In this document: in pieces, positions 35,802 through 47,511 of the stretch
How positions within the stretch are numbered: position 1 is the first letter of the stretch
Layout of the letters: every line of letters begins with the position of its first letter
From: Paraspadella gotoi
Lineage: Eukaryota > Animalia > Chaetognatha
Assembly: GCA_051294375.1 (NCBI GenBank)
Contig: CM119264.1
Location: 20,127,564 to 20,176,285 of the forward strand
DNA: 48,722 nt
Direction of reading: 5' to 3'
The notes under the pieces: model-generated
The model's database searches: none
What the model was told of the DNA's origin: nothing
What the model saw: only the letters and a program-made list of their open reading frames with translations
Made by a program: the position numbers and the translations under genes

Positions 35802-36276
35802 GGCTAAATTTTACTTTCGCCGACCGCGGTTTTGGCGGCTTTTGAAAATAATTACTTAAAAAATATTTAAAAAAAAAAATATTACCCAATTACCCTAACT
35901 CTAAATCCTCCTAAACCTAACTACCCTTAACTTTAAACCACCCTTAACCCTAACCCCTCCTTAACCCTGGTCGTGAAAATAAAAGTAACCCATATCTTTA
36001 AAACAGACCGTATCCCTAAATTTTTGTGGGCTGAGATAAGTAAAAACAAATCAAAATAAAGCTCTATAAAAGTTTTTAAAAAATGAGGTTTTTGGGTTAT
36101 TTTTTTTTTCGCCGACCGGGGTTATGGTTAAAGGTGGTTTAAGGGTGGTTTAGGGTTAAAAGGGTTTAAGATTAGGGTAATTAGGTAATATTTTTTAAAA
36201 ATTTTGTTTCAAAATAAATATTAAGTAGTTTTTCAAAAGCCGCCAAAACCGCGGTAGGCGAAAGTAAAATTTAGCC
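35802..36276. mobile_element. Inverted pair of ~190-bp units containing TAACCC-like repeats
   Basis: Outer TIR GGCTAAATTTTACTTTCGCC(G/T)ACCGCGGTTTTGGCGGCTTTTGAAAA; fragments also near 4958 and 6525-6558. Confidence 0.7.
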
Positions 36277-36668
36277 AGGTTTTTTATGCAACAGGTGAAC
36301 AAGCACCACATTTGAAAAAAAATATATTATGCACTACTTACTTTATTACCTCAGTCTAAGCAGAGAAGTGCAAAAGAAAATTTTATCTCTTAACTCAAAA
36401 CTTTAACTTTTGACGCTTTTTAAAGATAGCGATTATGAGCTTCTATCTTTTTTTTAAATTTAATAGCTATCATTAATATTTTTATGTGCAATGTGCATCC
36501 TATGTATTGAAATAAGATTTGAATATTAAGTTTTAATTGTTTTCCTTCTTTTTTTGTATTTATATTATCAAATAAGCTAAGTCAATAAATTATCCGATTT
36601 TAACCATTAACGGTTAAAAACGTCGATTTTTAACGGTTAACGAACAATGTAGAAAAATTAACGGTTAA

Positions 36669-37525
36669 GAGGAAGGGTCATTCACCATTACAATGCGTAA
36701 TCATTGATTTATTAGAGCTAATACGTCGAGAAATGCATTATATTGATCAGTAATCACAAAAAAATAAGTTTTTATTTATATGGCAGTGATTTTTATCAAG
36801 GAATTTAGCAAAAAAAAAAACACTTTTTTCAATATTGTTAGAATATTACCAACAAAAATGATTAAATTTTAACTCTAAGACAAAGTTGGCTAGACTACGT
36901 ATTAATTGAAATCCTCTGCATCATTTTCTAATTAATAATCAATATCATTTTTGCTACTTTTAATAAAAAAAATTATGTCCATTTTTGTCCATTTTGACTT
37001 TTGTCTTGAGATTTGAATGCTAAGATCATTGAAGAAAAATTTTTTACTCCGGCTTTCGGGTCCTTAGCTTCTTTACCTCTGAGTTGGTTCATTTGATGTT
37101 AATCATCTATTGTTTGCCTATGAATTAATTTTTAAATTGACTAGTCAAAAACTAATCAAATATTCCCTATTGTTGGTGCTTCTGTTACCTAAAAAATTAG
37201 GGCAAAATATTTAATACTTTAGCTGCAAAAAAAATTTTAAGCCTACTTTTAATTTGTGAGGATTTGTGAGGTGCGTTTTATTTGAACTAAAGCTCGATTT
37301 TTTACTTATTTTATAGTTTTAATAGATGAGAAAGATACTAAAGTTGACGAATTAAAAAAAACCGCCTTTTATTGAAAGGGGAACAGTCAGAAAATTAATT
37401 TCTCTCAATCGACAGGTTTTTGCGGAAAAAATAAACGACTGCAATAATATTGATTAAAAATTTGATTAGCAATCTTAAAAACATTTATAAAAATGTAATA
37501 GAGACATTTTGAATGACCCTTTTTC
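36669..37525 (+). mobile_element. Kolobok-like non-autonomous element K1
   Basis: TTAA|GAGGAAGGGTCATTCA ... TGAATGACCCTTTTTC|TTAA; purine-purine termini with TTAA TSD. Confidence 0.75.
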
Positions 37526-37827
37526 TTAAGGAGACACACACATAAAATGCATTTAAGAAAAAGGGTCATTCAAATCAACTTCAAAATAGGCCAAAATGAA
37601 GTACAGATCCAAAAAGCTGAGCTGCCGATTCCGAAAATGTATTCACTTTAAACATTTGATACATTCTACACCATTTTATATTAGTTTTAATTATAATATA
37701 AAATAAAAGAAACCTATCTGAAGAGTTGCAGGTCAAACAAAAAAGCCAATCCATCTGATATTTTTTATGAATTTTTTATTACTGAATTAGAAAAATATAA
37801 TAGACATTTTTAAATTTCAAGTTGTAT

Positions 37828-38453
37828 TAGGGGTAGCTGCACTCAATGGGGTGAGTCATAAATTTAGAGTGAGTACATGCTCAAACGAATATTTAGACAT
37901 TTTTAAGAATACTTTCAATGGACAAAAAAATTCTAATATGGCTCTATACCCTAGTAATTAATTTTTGAATATTTATTTATAGATAGGAAAGGCCAAAAGT
38001 TTTTTTTTATTTTTAAATTTTTAGACCAGATTCAGATAGCTCATAAAAGGTTGTCTGCACAAAGTATAATTCTTTTTTAAATATTTTTACGATAAGTGAG
38101 TCAAAAATAAGAAGAACTATAAAAAATTATCATCATTATCTTTCGATGATTTTATCAGTTTTTTATATTTTCACTTAGAAAACGTAAGAATTTTTAAAAG
38201 CTGTAATTATATTTCTTGTTTAACTTTTTATGCTCTATCAGAATCCATCAAAAAATTTTAAGATTTTAAAATTAGCAATTTTTTTTTTTTAAATATGTTA
38301 TGCTCTATATAGTAATATAATATCTTTAATTAGGCTCGTACCCTCAGAAAAAAGCATTTTTGACAAAAAGTATTTATATACCATAAGCTATGGTCATGAT
38401 AGATTATTTTAACGCTGTATACATTAACATTTAAATTTCATTGGCTATGGTTA
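37828..38453. mobile_element. Uninterrupted 626-bp copy of the 7-bp-TSD element
   Basis: GTTGTAT|TAGGGGTAGCTG ... TGGCTATGGTTA|CTTGTAT; shows the empty TA site (cagaTAgctc) for the 17191 insertion. Confidence 0.75.
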
Positions 38454-38478
38454 CTTGTATCCTTGAAAATGAAACTAT

Positions 38479-39140
38479 TTAGTCGGATCTGCTTTTAGCA
38501 GATCCCGACTCTATAATTCACCATCGGTCGGTCGGTCCGTTGGTCTGCCCCCTGAATCTTTTTGGGCATTCACTTACATCATGTCAGAACATCGAATTAT
38601 GATAAATTATGTAAAAAAAAATGTCCGTCCGTCCGTCCCACCTAAGCAAAAAGCTCCAATAACTTGTGATTGGGTGGTTGGATTGAAATGAATGTGTGGG
38701 TAGGAAAGTGTGTGATGAAGCTGGATATAAAGTTTCGATGGAATCGTGCGAGTGGAAATGAGTCTAAATGGAAAAAACCTAAGTCACATTTAGTAAAATC
38801 TTTTTACTTATTTTAACCAATAATTACTCATAATTGGATGGATAGATTGAGTTGAAAAGTGTATGAAGAAGCTAGATATATAGTTTTGACAGAATCGTGC
38901 GAGTGGAAATGAGTTTAAATGGAAAAAACATAAGTCACATTTACTTGAATCTTTATTATTTATAATTACTAATTATTAATTAATTAATGTGAAAAAATGA
39001 TGCAATTAAAAAAATGATGCGAGTTGAAAAAATGATGCGAGTTGAAAAAAATATAAAAAAATATTGTGATTTATCATCTGATTAGCTGATTACGGCTTAA
39101 TTATTGTAGGCAGATCCGACTTTGTTTGCTCAAACTTGTT
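38479..39140 (+). mobile_element. HINE H-A
   Basis: Both termini; inserted in a T run of the Kolobok-like host. Confidence 0.8.
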
Positions 39141-39143
39141 TAA

Positions 39144-40234
39144 GGTCGGGGATCACTCAATTCAAATTATAATTAAGCTAAAACGAGCTCGCGATTTCGA
39201 AAGGAGAGCTCCTGGCGATTTCCGAAAATGTATTCACTTTATATTTTTCAAAGGCATTATCGTTTTTTTTCGATTTTTTTGTACTATATAAAATAAAAGA
39301 AACCTATTTGAAGATTTGCAGCCCAAACGGTAAGGCGGTTTCTCATGAACATTTGGCATGGATTACTTTTAGTGACGCGAACTCCAATCTATGAAAAGAT
39401 ACTTTCAAAATTTGCCTTCCTTCATAGAAAATTTGATTATTTTAGTCAATTTTTGGGATAAATTCCTTGATATCTTTGAAACGAAAAAACTTTTTTCCAA
39501 AAACGCGCTCATAGAATCTCCACCATCTTTCCTTTTCTTGCCCAAGATATTTTTTTCTTCAAGAAGAATCCTGTGGTTTGAGCTGCAACTCTTCGTTTTA
39601 ACTTCACTTCGTCAAGAAAGTTAAATTCTGTTACTCATTACTTTTGCAAGATTCACCACAACATACACAAGCACGGGATGTGATGATGGAGTTTGTTTCA
39701 ACGCCGATGTCTAAAAAAATGGCTTACTGGTTTTTAATTTTTTTAATTCAAATTTGATTTTTTTTTCAGAAGATTCCCCTAGAAAATAGGGCAACTATTT
39801 TATGATATAACATTTACATAAAGTAAAAAGTCAAATTGAAATAAATCATAAGTTTTTTAACTTAAAAGCATAAAAACCTATCTGAAAAATGTGTAGAGTA
39901 GTTTGTTTTAGACTTATTAGTGATACAACTTCAAGTATGACTTGTACCAAAGGAAGAATAAATATAAGGAAGTAGAAATTGAGCTTACTGTAAAGAATAG
40001 TTTAAAGTTAAAAATTTGATTGTAGAAATTTAGCTTACATTTAAAAAAATATTTTTCTTTTGAAAAATCTAGTTTTACCGAAGAAAAAAAATTGTTTAAA
40101 TTTTGATGAACATTTGAAGTAGATTTTAAAAAGTTTTCTATTATTTTTTAATAGAAACCCCTTACAGATGTAAGCAAATGATAAAGATACAGTAAATTAA
40201 GATTTCTACAATTTTGATTGAGTGATCCCTGGCC
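39144..40234. mobile_element. Kolobok-like non-autonomous element K2
   Basis: TTAA|GGTCGGGGATCACTCAA ... TTGAGTGATCCCTGGCC|TTAA. Confidence 0.75.
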
Positions 40235-41183
40235 TTAAACTTTAACCCTGAATTCTTCCTAACTGGAACGCATTGATCAAAATGTTCTCTATACATTTTT
40301 CTAAATGTTTTTAAGATTGCTAATCAAATTTTTAAATCAATATTATTGCAGTCGTTTAGGCTGCAACTCTTCAAATTCAGTGTAGATTCATTGTAGCTCG
40401 AATTTCTTTACCATCTATTTAACTGAAGATTTGGTTCATGACGGGAAAACCAACAGGAGTAACAAGCATTAATTGTTTAATTCTCCCCTTCTAAATTATC
40501 CCTTACGGTAGATACCTCATAGGAGAGCTAATTTTAATTTATTTTATTTGCGTTTTCGACGATCTTGTAACGCTTTTGGGCATAAGTGGTGTAGGCGTCG
40601 TCGTCGGCGTTCCAAATTATAGATCGCCTTTTTTATGATTAAATTTGGGTGCATGAAGCTGAAAATTTATATACAGCTTCTCATCATCGATGTTTTGTTT
40701 ACGTTTTATCAAAACAAACAAACTTTCTCTCTTTTATTTTAATATTTCTTTCTCTCCCTCTTTTCTCTTTTAATTACATGTCTCTCTCCCTCTCTCTTTT
40801 CCCTAGTCACTGATTCATAATCATAGGGAAAAAAACGAGTCTGCAGCTGGCTTTGCAGGGGCTTATTCTTTTTCTCTCTTTTCTCTTGCTGCTTCTGCTG
40901 CTGCCTTTTGAGTCTGCAGCTGGCTCTGCAGGGGCTCTTTCTTTTTCTCTCTTTTCTCCTGCTGCATCTGCTGCTGCCTTTTGATTTCTTTCTTTTTTTT
41001 GGGTGCCTCTGCTGCTGAAAATGATTTGGCTTCTTTCTCTCTCTCTCTCTCTCTGATTAATTTTTTCCCTCTAAAAACTTTTATTATCGCCATTTATTCA
41101 CAAATTTACATCCGAGATTTTCGTGGATTTTTTTCGTTGATTATTTTTTTTTTTTTTTTTTTTTTTTCTCAAATTTGATTTTT

Positions 41184-43194
41184 TTAGTCGGATCTGCTTA
41201 TCAGCAGATCCCGACTTTATAATTCACTTTGTCGGTCCGTCGGTCAGCCCCCTCAATATTGTCGGGCACACACTTATATCATGTCAGAACATCGAATTAT
41301 CATTAATTATGCAAAAAAAAAACGATGTCCGTCTGTCTGTCCGTCCAACCGTTCGTCCCACCTTAGCAAAAAACTCCAATTACTCGTGATTGGATGGATG
41401 GATTGGTATTACATTTTGTGTGTGGGTAGGAAACTGTGTGATTGAGATGGATATGAAGTTTCGAGGGAATCGTGCGAGTGGTTTAAATGGAAAAAAAAAA
41501 ATATATTTCACTATTTGAACGCCAATTTCTCATGAGTGGATAGGGCAATTGACTTGAAATTTTGTATGATGGTAGGAAAGTGTGTGATTGAGCTGGATAT
41601 AAAGTTTCGATGGAATCGTGCGAGTGAAATGAGTTAAAATGGAAAAAACAAAAGTCATATTTACTTGAAGTATTTTTACTTAAATTTACTCATAATTATT
41701 ATGTTTATTAAAAATTGGATAGATAAATCGAAATTGAATTTTGTGTGTGGGTAGGAAAGTATGTGATAAAGCTGGATATAAATTTTTGATGGAATAGTAG
41801 GAGTGGAAAAGAGTTCAAATTAGAAAACCAAAGAACACATTTATTTGAATTTTTAAAGTTTCTCTTTCTCTATCTCTCTCTGATTGATTGATTGATTGAT
41901 TGACCAAATTATGCAAATTGATAAAAATATACCAGTTGACCAAATTCTTAAAGTTGACCAAAAATTATGCCAGTTGACCAAATTCTTAAAGTTGACCAAA
42001 TTATGCCAGTTGACCAAATTCTGCAAGTTGATCAAGTTCTGCAAGTTGACCAAATTATGCCTGTTGACCAATTGCTGTACCAAATTATGCCAGTTGACCA
42101 AATTAGGCCAGTTGATAAAATTATGCAGTTGACCAATTATCGCGGTTGACCAAATTATCTTAATTGATCATTATGTCAGTGACCAAATATGTCAGTAGAC
42201 CAAATTATGTCAGTTGACCAAATTATGCAAGTTGATTAAATTATGCAAGTTGACCAAGTTAGCTTATTACCACTTAATTATCAATTGACCTCGAATTTTG
42301 TATGTTAGTAGAAAGTGTGTGATTGAACAGGAAACCAAGTTTCGATGGAATCTTTTGAGTGGAAATGAGTTTAAATGGAAAAAAAACAAAAAACCTTTTT
42401 TACTAATTGATTATGATTCTTTTTTCCTTTTATATTAAATGTAAATGCAGGATGTATTAATAAATCAAATAATTAATCAGTTAATTAAGCAATTAGTCAA
42501 TGAATTAATCAATAATTAATTAATCAGTCAATCAATCCTCCATCCGTCCCACCTTAGCAAAAAGTTCCAATAACTCGTGATTGGCTGGTTGGATTGGAAT
42601 TAAATTTAGTGTGTGGGTAGGAAAGTGTGTGATAAAGCTGGATATAAAGTTTCGACGGAATCGTGTGAGTGGAATGAGTTTAAGTGGAAAAAAACATAAG
42701 TCGCATTTACTAAAATATTTTTACTTATATTAACCAATAAGTACTCTAATTAATCATAATTGGATGGATAGATTGAGTTCAAATTTTTTGTGTGGGTAGA
42801 AAAATGTGTAACGATGTTGATATAAATTTCGGTGGAAACGTACGAGTGGAAATGAGTTTAAATGAAAAAAATATGAGTCACATTTACTTGAATCGTTTTA
42901 CTTATTTTAACCCATAATAGATTGAGATGAAATTTTGTGAGCGGGTAGGAAAGTGTTTGAAGAAGCTAGATATAAAGTTTGATGGAATTGTGCCAGTGGA
43001 AATGAGTTTAAATGGAAAAAACATAAGTCACATTTACTTGAATCTTTATTATTTAGGATTACTAATTTATGATTACTAATAAATGTTTTAATTAATTAAT
43101 TAATGTGAAAAAATGATTCAATTTAAAAAAAATTATGCAAGTTGAAAAAATGATGCAAGTTCAAAAAAATCCTAAAAGCATAAAGATCGTCGCA

Positions 43195-43226
<32 letters not shown>

Positions 43227-44090
43227 AGAAAGAGAGCAGAAAAATGAGAATAAGGATCGTCGCAATTGCAAAGAGAGAGAGAGAGCAGAAAAATGAGCAT
43301 AAGGATCGTTGCAATTGCAAAGAGAAGAGAGAGAGAGAGAGAAAAGAAAGAGAGAGAGTCCGGAGATAAAATTAGTGAAAAAAAGTTGTTATTTTACTCT
43401 CTGAATAAAAATACTTAAAATACTTACAAAATACATAAAATTGATAAAATTATTATTCCGATAACATTGTTTAATCACATGCAATATATCTAGTAAGGCG
43501 GGCCAAAATTGAACACTTTTTATAACTTTTAGTTCTCTCAAAAAAATTTCTTTTTCCTTCTACTACTAAATCGATTTTCAATGTAACTTTTGAATTAGTT
43601 CATTGGGTTGTTGCACTGAAGCTTTTAAATATTTATTAATATATAATAATTATATAAAGTTTTGACGGAATTGTGCCAGTGGAAATGAGTTTAGATAGAA
43701 AAAATATAAGTCACATTTACTTGAATCTTTAATATTAATGATTACTAATAAATGTTTTAATTAATTAATTAATGTGAAAAAAATGATGCAAGTTAAAAAA
43801 ATCTTAAAAGCATAAAGATCGTCGCAATTGCATAAAAAAGAGAGAGAGAGAGAGACGAGAGAGAGAGAAGGAGATATAAAATAAAATAGAGGATTTTTGT
43901 TTGTGATGATAAAATGTAAACAAAACATATTTAATAACTGTCCTAACCCAATTTTAAGAACATCGATGATGATAAGTTGAATATAAATTTAAAATTAATT
44001 ATTACATATTAAAATTAATTAATTAATTAATCGATTAATTAATTAATTAATTATCGTAGGCAGATCCGACATTGTTTGCTCAAACTTGTT
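41184..44090 (+). mobile_element. Long composite HINE H-A
   Basis: Both termini; expanded central repeats; contains an 18-bp minisatellite and tandem H-B-like ends. Confidence 0.8.
41898..42290 (+). repeat. ~18-bp minisatellite (GTTGACCAAATTATGCCA)n
   Basis: About 20 diverged units visible; explains the repetitive ORFs at 41853-42149. Confidence 0.9.
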
Positions 44091-45956
44091 AGTATCAAAA
44101 TTTGTCGTCAATCCAGACTTTTCTTATGCAATTGCGACGATCCTATTGCTTTTAAGATTTTTTTATATATTTTATGCCAGTCCCTGGAGGATGATAGTGA
44201 AGTATAAAATTATAAAAATTCCGTCCTCCACTTAATGTCAATATTCATTTGCAAACAATTGTTTTAAAATACCTACAATAGTATCCAAGATATGGTCATA
44301 AACGTCAGCCTTGAAAGGCAAAATTTATCAGAATAAAATTTTCAAGTTTCTTTAAAGATTTCTGACACGCTAGTACTAACTATTTAAAAAAAAAGAGAAA
44401 ACGTTTTGCTGATTTTTCCAAGCATTTACCATAAATGAATTTTACGATGGGTACAACTGAAAGTGTTATGTCTCTAGATGACGAAAAATTTCTATATTAA
44501 AATTTAAGTATTATACCAATAGGATTATGTGAGATACTCCCGCTTTGCCAAAGATTTGTACAGCGTAGTTCAAATCCTTAGTTCTTTAATGGGAAAAAAA
44601 AGTTATTTTCTTGAATAACTTTTGAAAGAAAAGAGGTATGAAGGTGAGTGAGGTATAAAATTAAAGCCCAAATCATGGGACACCTTTCTAAAATAGTTTT
44701 ATTAAATTTTATCTATAATTATTTACACAGCTTTTGTTTAAATTAGAGTTAAAAGTATAACAGTTTTTTGCATTAAAAATTTCAATGAAGACATATGAAT
44801 TTTTTTATTTTCCTTTTGTAAAGACTGAATTACATTTTTATTACCATTTTCTCTACTCCATAAATTTGCTTATATTTTTTAGTTAAAGTAAAAAACAAGC
44901 AAAAATTTATGTAGTAGTTTGATAAAATGTCTTTTTAAATATGAAAAATGATAAATACAAAAATGTTTCCAGCTTGATATAAACAGTCTGGACGTCTACC
45001 TTCTTGTCTGTGAAAGAAAAATCGTCATTTTTCATTATTTTCAACTGCAAAAAAAAAACCTTGACATACTGCTTGTTTATCATAATAAAATTTTAAAAAA
45101 TTACATAGCTCGTGACATATTTGACAACGCAAGACATTGTGTTAAATTGTATTGATAATTTTCTTTTAAATATAACTACCTTTATACAAGGAATTTAATT
45201 CTATTATTTATCATCTATTTTAATAAGAAAAATTCGCGGAATAGCCCCTTTACTGCCATTTCACAAGACATAAAAGGTCATGATTATCGTGTCAGTAGGT
45301 CCAGATTATCTGTACGCTTCCTGCAATCTGCATTCTGAATTTTATTTTTTTCCCTTTCAAATGTATTAAATAAAAAAATTATATGAAAGAATGATCGGCG
45401 TGGATGATGCCATTGGAGAGACTTAGTTACCCCACTTCCCGATCGAATTTTTAAACAAGGTTTTTTTTTCATCTATTCGAGACAACACTAGCTATTGATT
45501 CTATTAATTTTCTATTTCTTACATGTAATTTTCTATTTCTTACATGATATTTTCTGAGTCAGAGAAACGTTTAGCGTGTCAAAAAAATAGGAAAAAAAGA
45601 GTAAAACGTTCTGACAAATTAAAAAAATTATGGAGGAATCTACTACTTACCAAGATTTAACTTTTTACCTAGAATTTTTTAACAACCAGATTGAAAAACA
45701 AATCTTTAAAAAATGTGCTTACCCATTTAACTTGACAATTTTGTTATTTACCGATTTAAAAAAATGATTGAAAACAGAATGTTTATATATAAATAAAAAC
45801 TTATTCTTTTTGTGATTACTGATGACTATAATGTATTTCTCGATAAATTAGCTCTAATACATCAATGATTACGCATTGTTATGGTGAATGACCCTTCCTC
45901 TTAAAGAAAGATAAGAGAGAATGAAAAAAAGAAGGAAATCAAAGAAAGAAAATCAC

Positions 45957-46121
45957 CTTGATGATTGATGCCCTTTACATTTACAAGTATATGTAGGATA
46001 CGAGCAAAGTACTGGTTTCCCTCAGAGAATCCCTGGCGCCTATGGACGTGACGCTGGAGGGCCAGAAGGTGACTTTCTTGCAAGAGCTGAATTGCTTCGA
46101 CACTGTTCAATCCGTTTTGAT
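45957..46121 (-). CDS. Nuclear receptor (NR1-like) ligand-binding-domain exon, helices 9-11
   Basis: 165-bp exon, acceptor ttttttatcgttgcttcag, donor CAAG|gtgatt, phase 1-1. Encodes (D)QNGLNSVEAIQLLQESHLLALQRHVHRRQGFSEGNQYFARILHILVNVKGINHQ, matching the NR LBD pattern DRxGL..VE.LQE..L.AL...F.++L..L..++.+N. Upstream exons not found in the window. Confidence 0.85.
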
Positions 46122-46595
46122 CTGAAGCAACGATAAAAAAATAAATAATTAAGGAGCTATGGCTATAACGTGGAGACATGTGTGATGCCCGGGGTGTGAG
46201 ACATCTCACGACAGCTGGCGCTCAGGGATTTGGAACTGCAATAACATCGATGGAACAATATTTTTTTACTGTCTTTGTATATGTAATAAAAAATAATCTC
46301 TTTTTCAAAAAAAAAAAAAATGCATAAGTGTCATTAATTGAATTTCTTTTATACTGAGTTCGGACTTGAATCTTAACCCCTTAATTGATCCTCCGATTGT
46401 TTTACAAATTTTTTTAATTTTTTATAGCAGAAGAATCGTTAAGGATTTTTCTATCTTTTGGATTGTATTTAGTTTTGCTATGTCGAAAAACATTTGTATG
46501 GGAAGCAACCGAAACAATAAGTCATGTTTGCTCCGCGCCCAAACAGTTAAAATTCAACTACATATAAATATTTGCACTCCTGCAAAAGTTACAAT

Positions 46596-46814
46596 TATGG
46601 TGGACTAAAATCCACCAACCGTTCATCAGCGGCCATTGGTGCCGGAGGCAAGTCATTCGCCTCCCAACCCAAAGGTCCGGGGTTCTAGCCCGGTGGTCGT
46701 CTGGCAGTTAAGAGGGACGGGGCGCTTAACCCGCCTGTAACATGGTGTTATAGCCTGATCCGAAGCTCAGGGAATGCTTATATTGAACACTTATCAATAA
46801 TTACTGTCTCTTCA
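46596..46814 (+). mobile_element. tRNA-derived short element, family B (leader hairpin + tRNA-like head + twister)
   Basis: Hairpin GGTGGA-CTAAAA-TCCACC; tRNA-like 46629-46701 (GCGGCCA/TGGTCGT acceptor stem, A-box-like TGGTGCCGGAGG, B-box-like GGTTCTAGCC); shared end CTGTCTCTTCA; two further copies in the window. Confidence 0.8.
46703..46778 (+). ncRNA. Type-P5 twister ribozyme motif, family B, best copy
   Basis: GGCAGTT-AA-GAGG-GA-CGG-GGCGCT-TAA-CCC-GCC-[P3 TGTAACA-TGG-TGTTATA]-G-CCTGA-T-CCG-AA-GC-TCAGG-G-AATGCT; T1 CGG/CCG, T2 GC/GC, P4 CCTGA/TCAGG; predicted cut 46727/46728. Confidence 0.85.
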
Positions 46815-47335
46815 CAATGATCAACCTAGTGGGTTTTTTTTATGGTGGTCTTGAGAGAGTACTGTAATTTATAATTTATAATTTCTAGTATAAGCCAAAA
46901 TTGTATAACAATCAATTCGTACTTTAAAATTGTATATCTTAAAAAAAAATTGAAGCTGCAATAACTTGAAATTCCGTACAATTACAATTTTGGCCTCAGG
47001 GCATTATGTCCCATATAATACAGTATCTAAATTCATTTGGATATTGCAGTATGGGGCGAATTAAATATAACACTCAACAGTATAGTACTTGTAACCGAAT
47101 TACATCAATCTCGGGCCATTATTGAATACACAGTGGTAACAAGAATGTAAAGACTTTTTCATATCGTCTACTCATCTTTGGAAGGGTCCTATGGAAGGTA
47201 TACTTCATAAATGAAATAATTGTTAAAACTAAATTTTTCAGATATATCATTAAGTACAAATAATCGAGGGGACTAATAATAATTTTTCCTATGGGGGGTA
47301 AGTTTTAAGTCCGAACCCTGTAGTAATATCCTTAT

Positions 47336-47511
47336 GTTATTATCCTTTCTTTTTCGTTTAGTAAAAGGTTTGAATTTACTTCATCGGCGTTAACAGTTTT
47401 AACTGTTTTACTGTTAACACCGATGAAGGCTTGAAAACAAAACCCGTAACATGTCCGTTTTGTATTAAAAAATAAAAATCGTTACAGAAATTAATTTAAA
47501 CCTTTTTATTA
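47336..47511. mobile_element. Penelope-like pLTR remnant, inverted arrangement, 14-bp TSD
   Basis: Decayed hammerhead CCGATGAAGGCTT...CCGTAACATGTC, inverted repeat CTTCATCGGCGTTAACAG/CTGTTAACACCGATGAAG, TSD AGTAATATCCTTAT at 47322-47335 and 47512-47525. Confidence 0.65.

Larger units (their letters stand above)
31508..37540. mobile_element. Possible old hAT-like host element with subterminal TTAACCGTTAA motifs
   Basis: Left end TAGAGATTCCTTAACCG with a motif cluster at 31518-31610; mirror cluster at 36600-36668 split by K1; degenerate 8-bp flanks GATCAAAT and CATAAAAT. Confidence 0.35.
40535..44163 (+). mobile_element. HINE H-B interrupted by H-A (41184-44090)
   Basis: H-B body 40535-41183 resumes at 44091 and ends with GCAATTGCGACGATCCTATTGCTTTTAAGATTTT. 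Confidence 0.7.
40506..45645. mobile_element. Insertion with short imperfect TIRs and apparent 4-bp TSD (CTTA); superfamily uncertain
   Basis: CGGTAGATACCTCATA versus the inverse of TATGGAGGAATCTACTA; interrupts K1 exactly at this point. Confidence 0.5.
37557..45900 (-). mobile_element. K1 copy expanded by nested insertions
   Basis: TTAA|GAAAAAGGGTCATTCA at 37557 and TGAATGACCCTTCCTC|TTAA at 45900; host pieces 37557-37827, 38454-38478, 40235-40505 and 45646-45900 rejoin colinearly with 1575-2249. Confidence 0.7.

Noticed and set aside
45284-45340. Candidate next receptor exon
   Set aside because: All acceptors give short frames without AF-2, and the segment lies inside a nested insertion.
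46629-46701. Functional tRNA-Gly gene (also tRNA-like heads near 19197, 6790, 17370 and 18432)
   Set aside because: Anticodon and D stems are broken and the copies are embedded in dispersed repeats.
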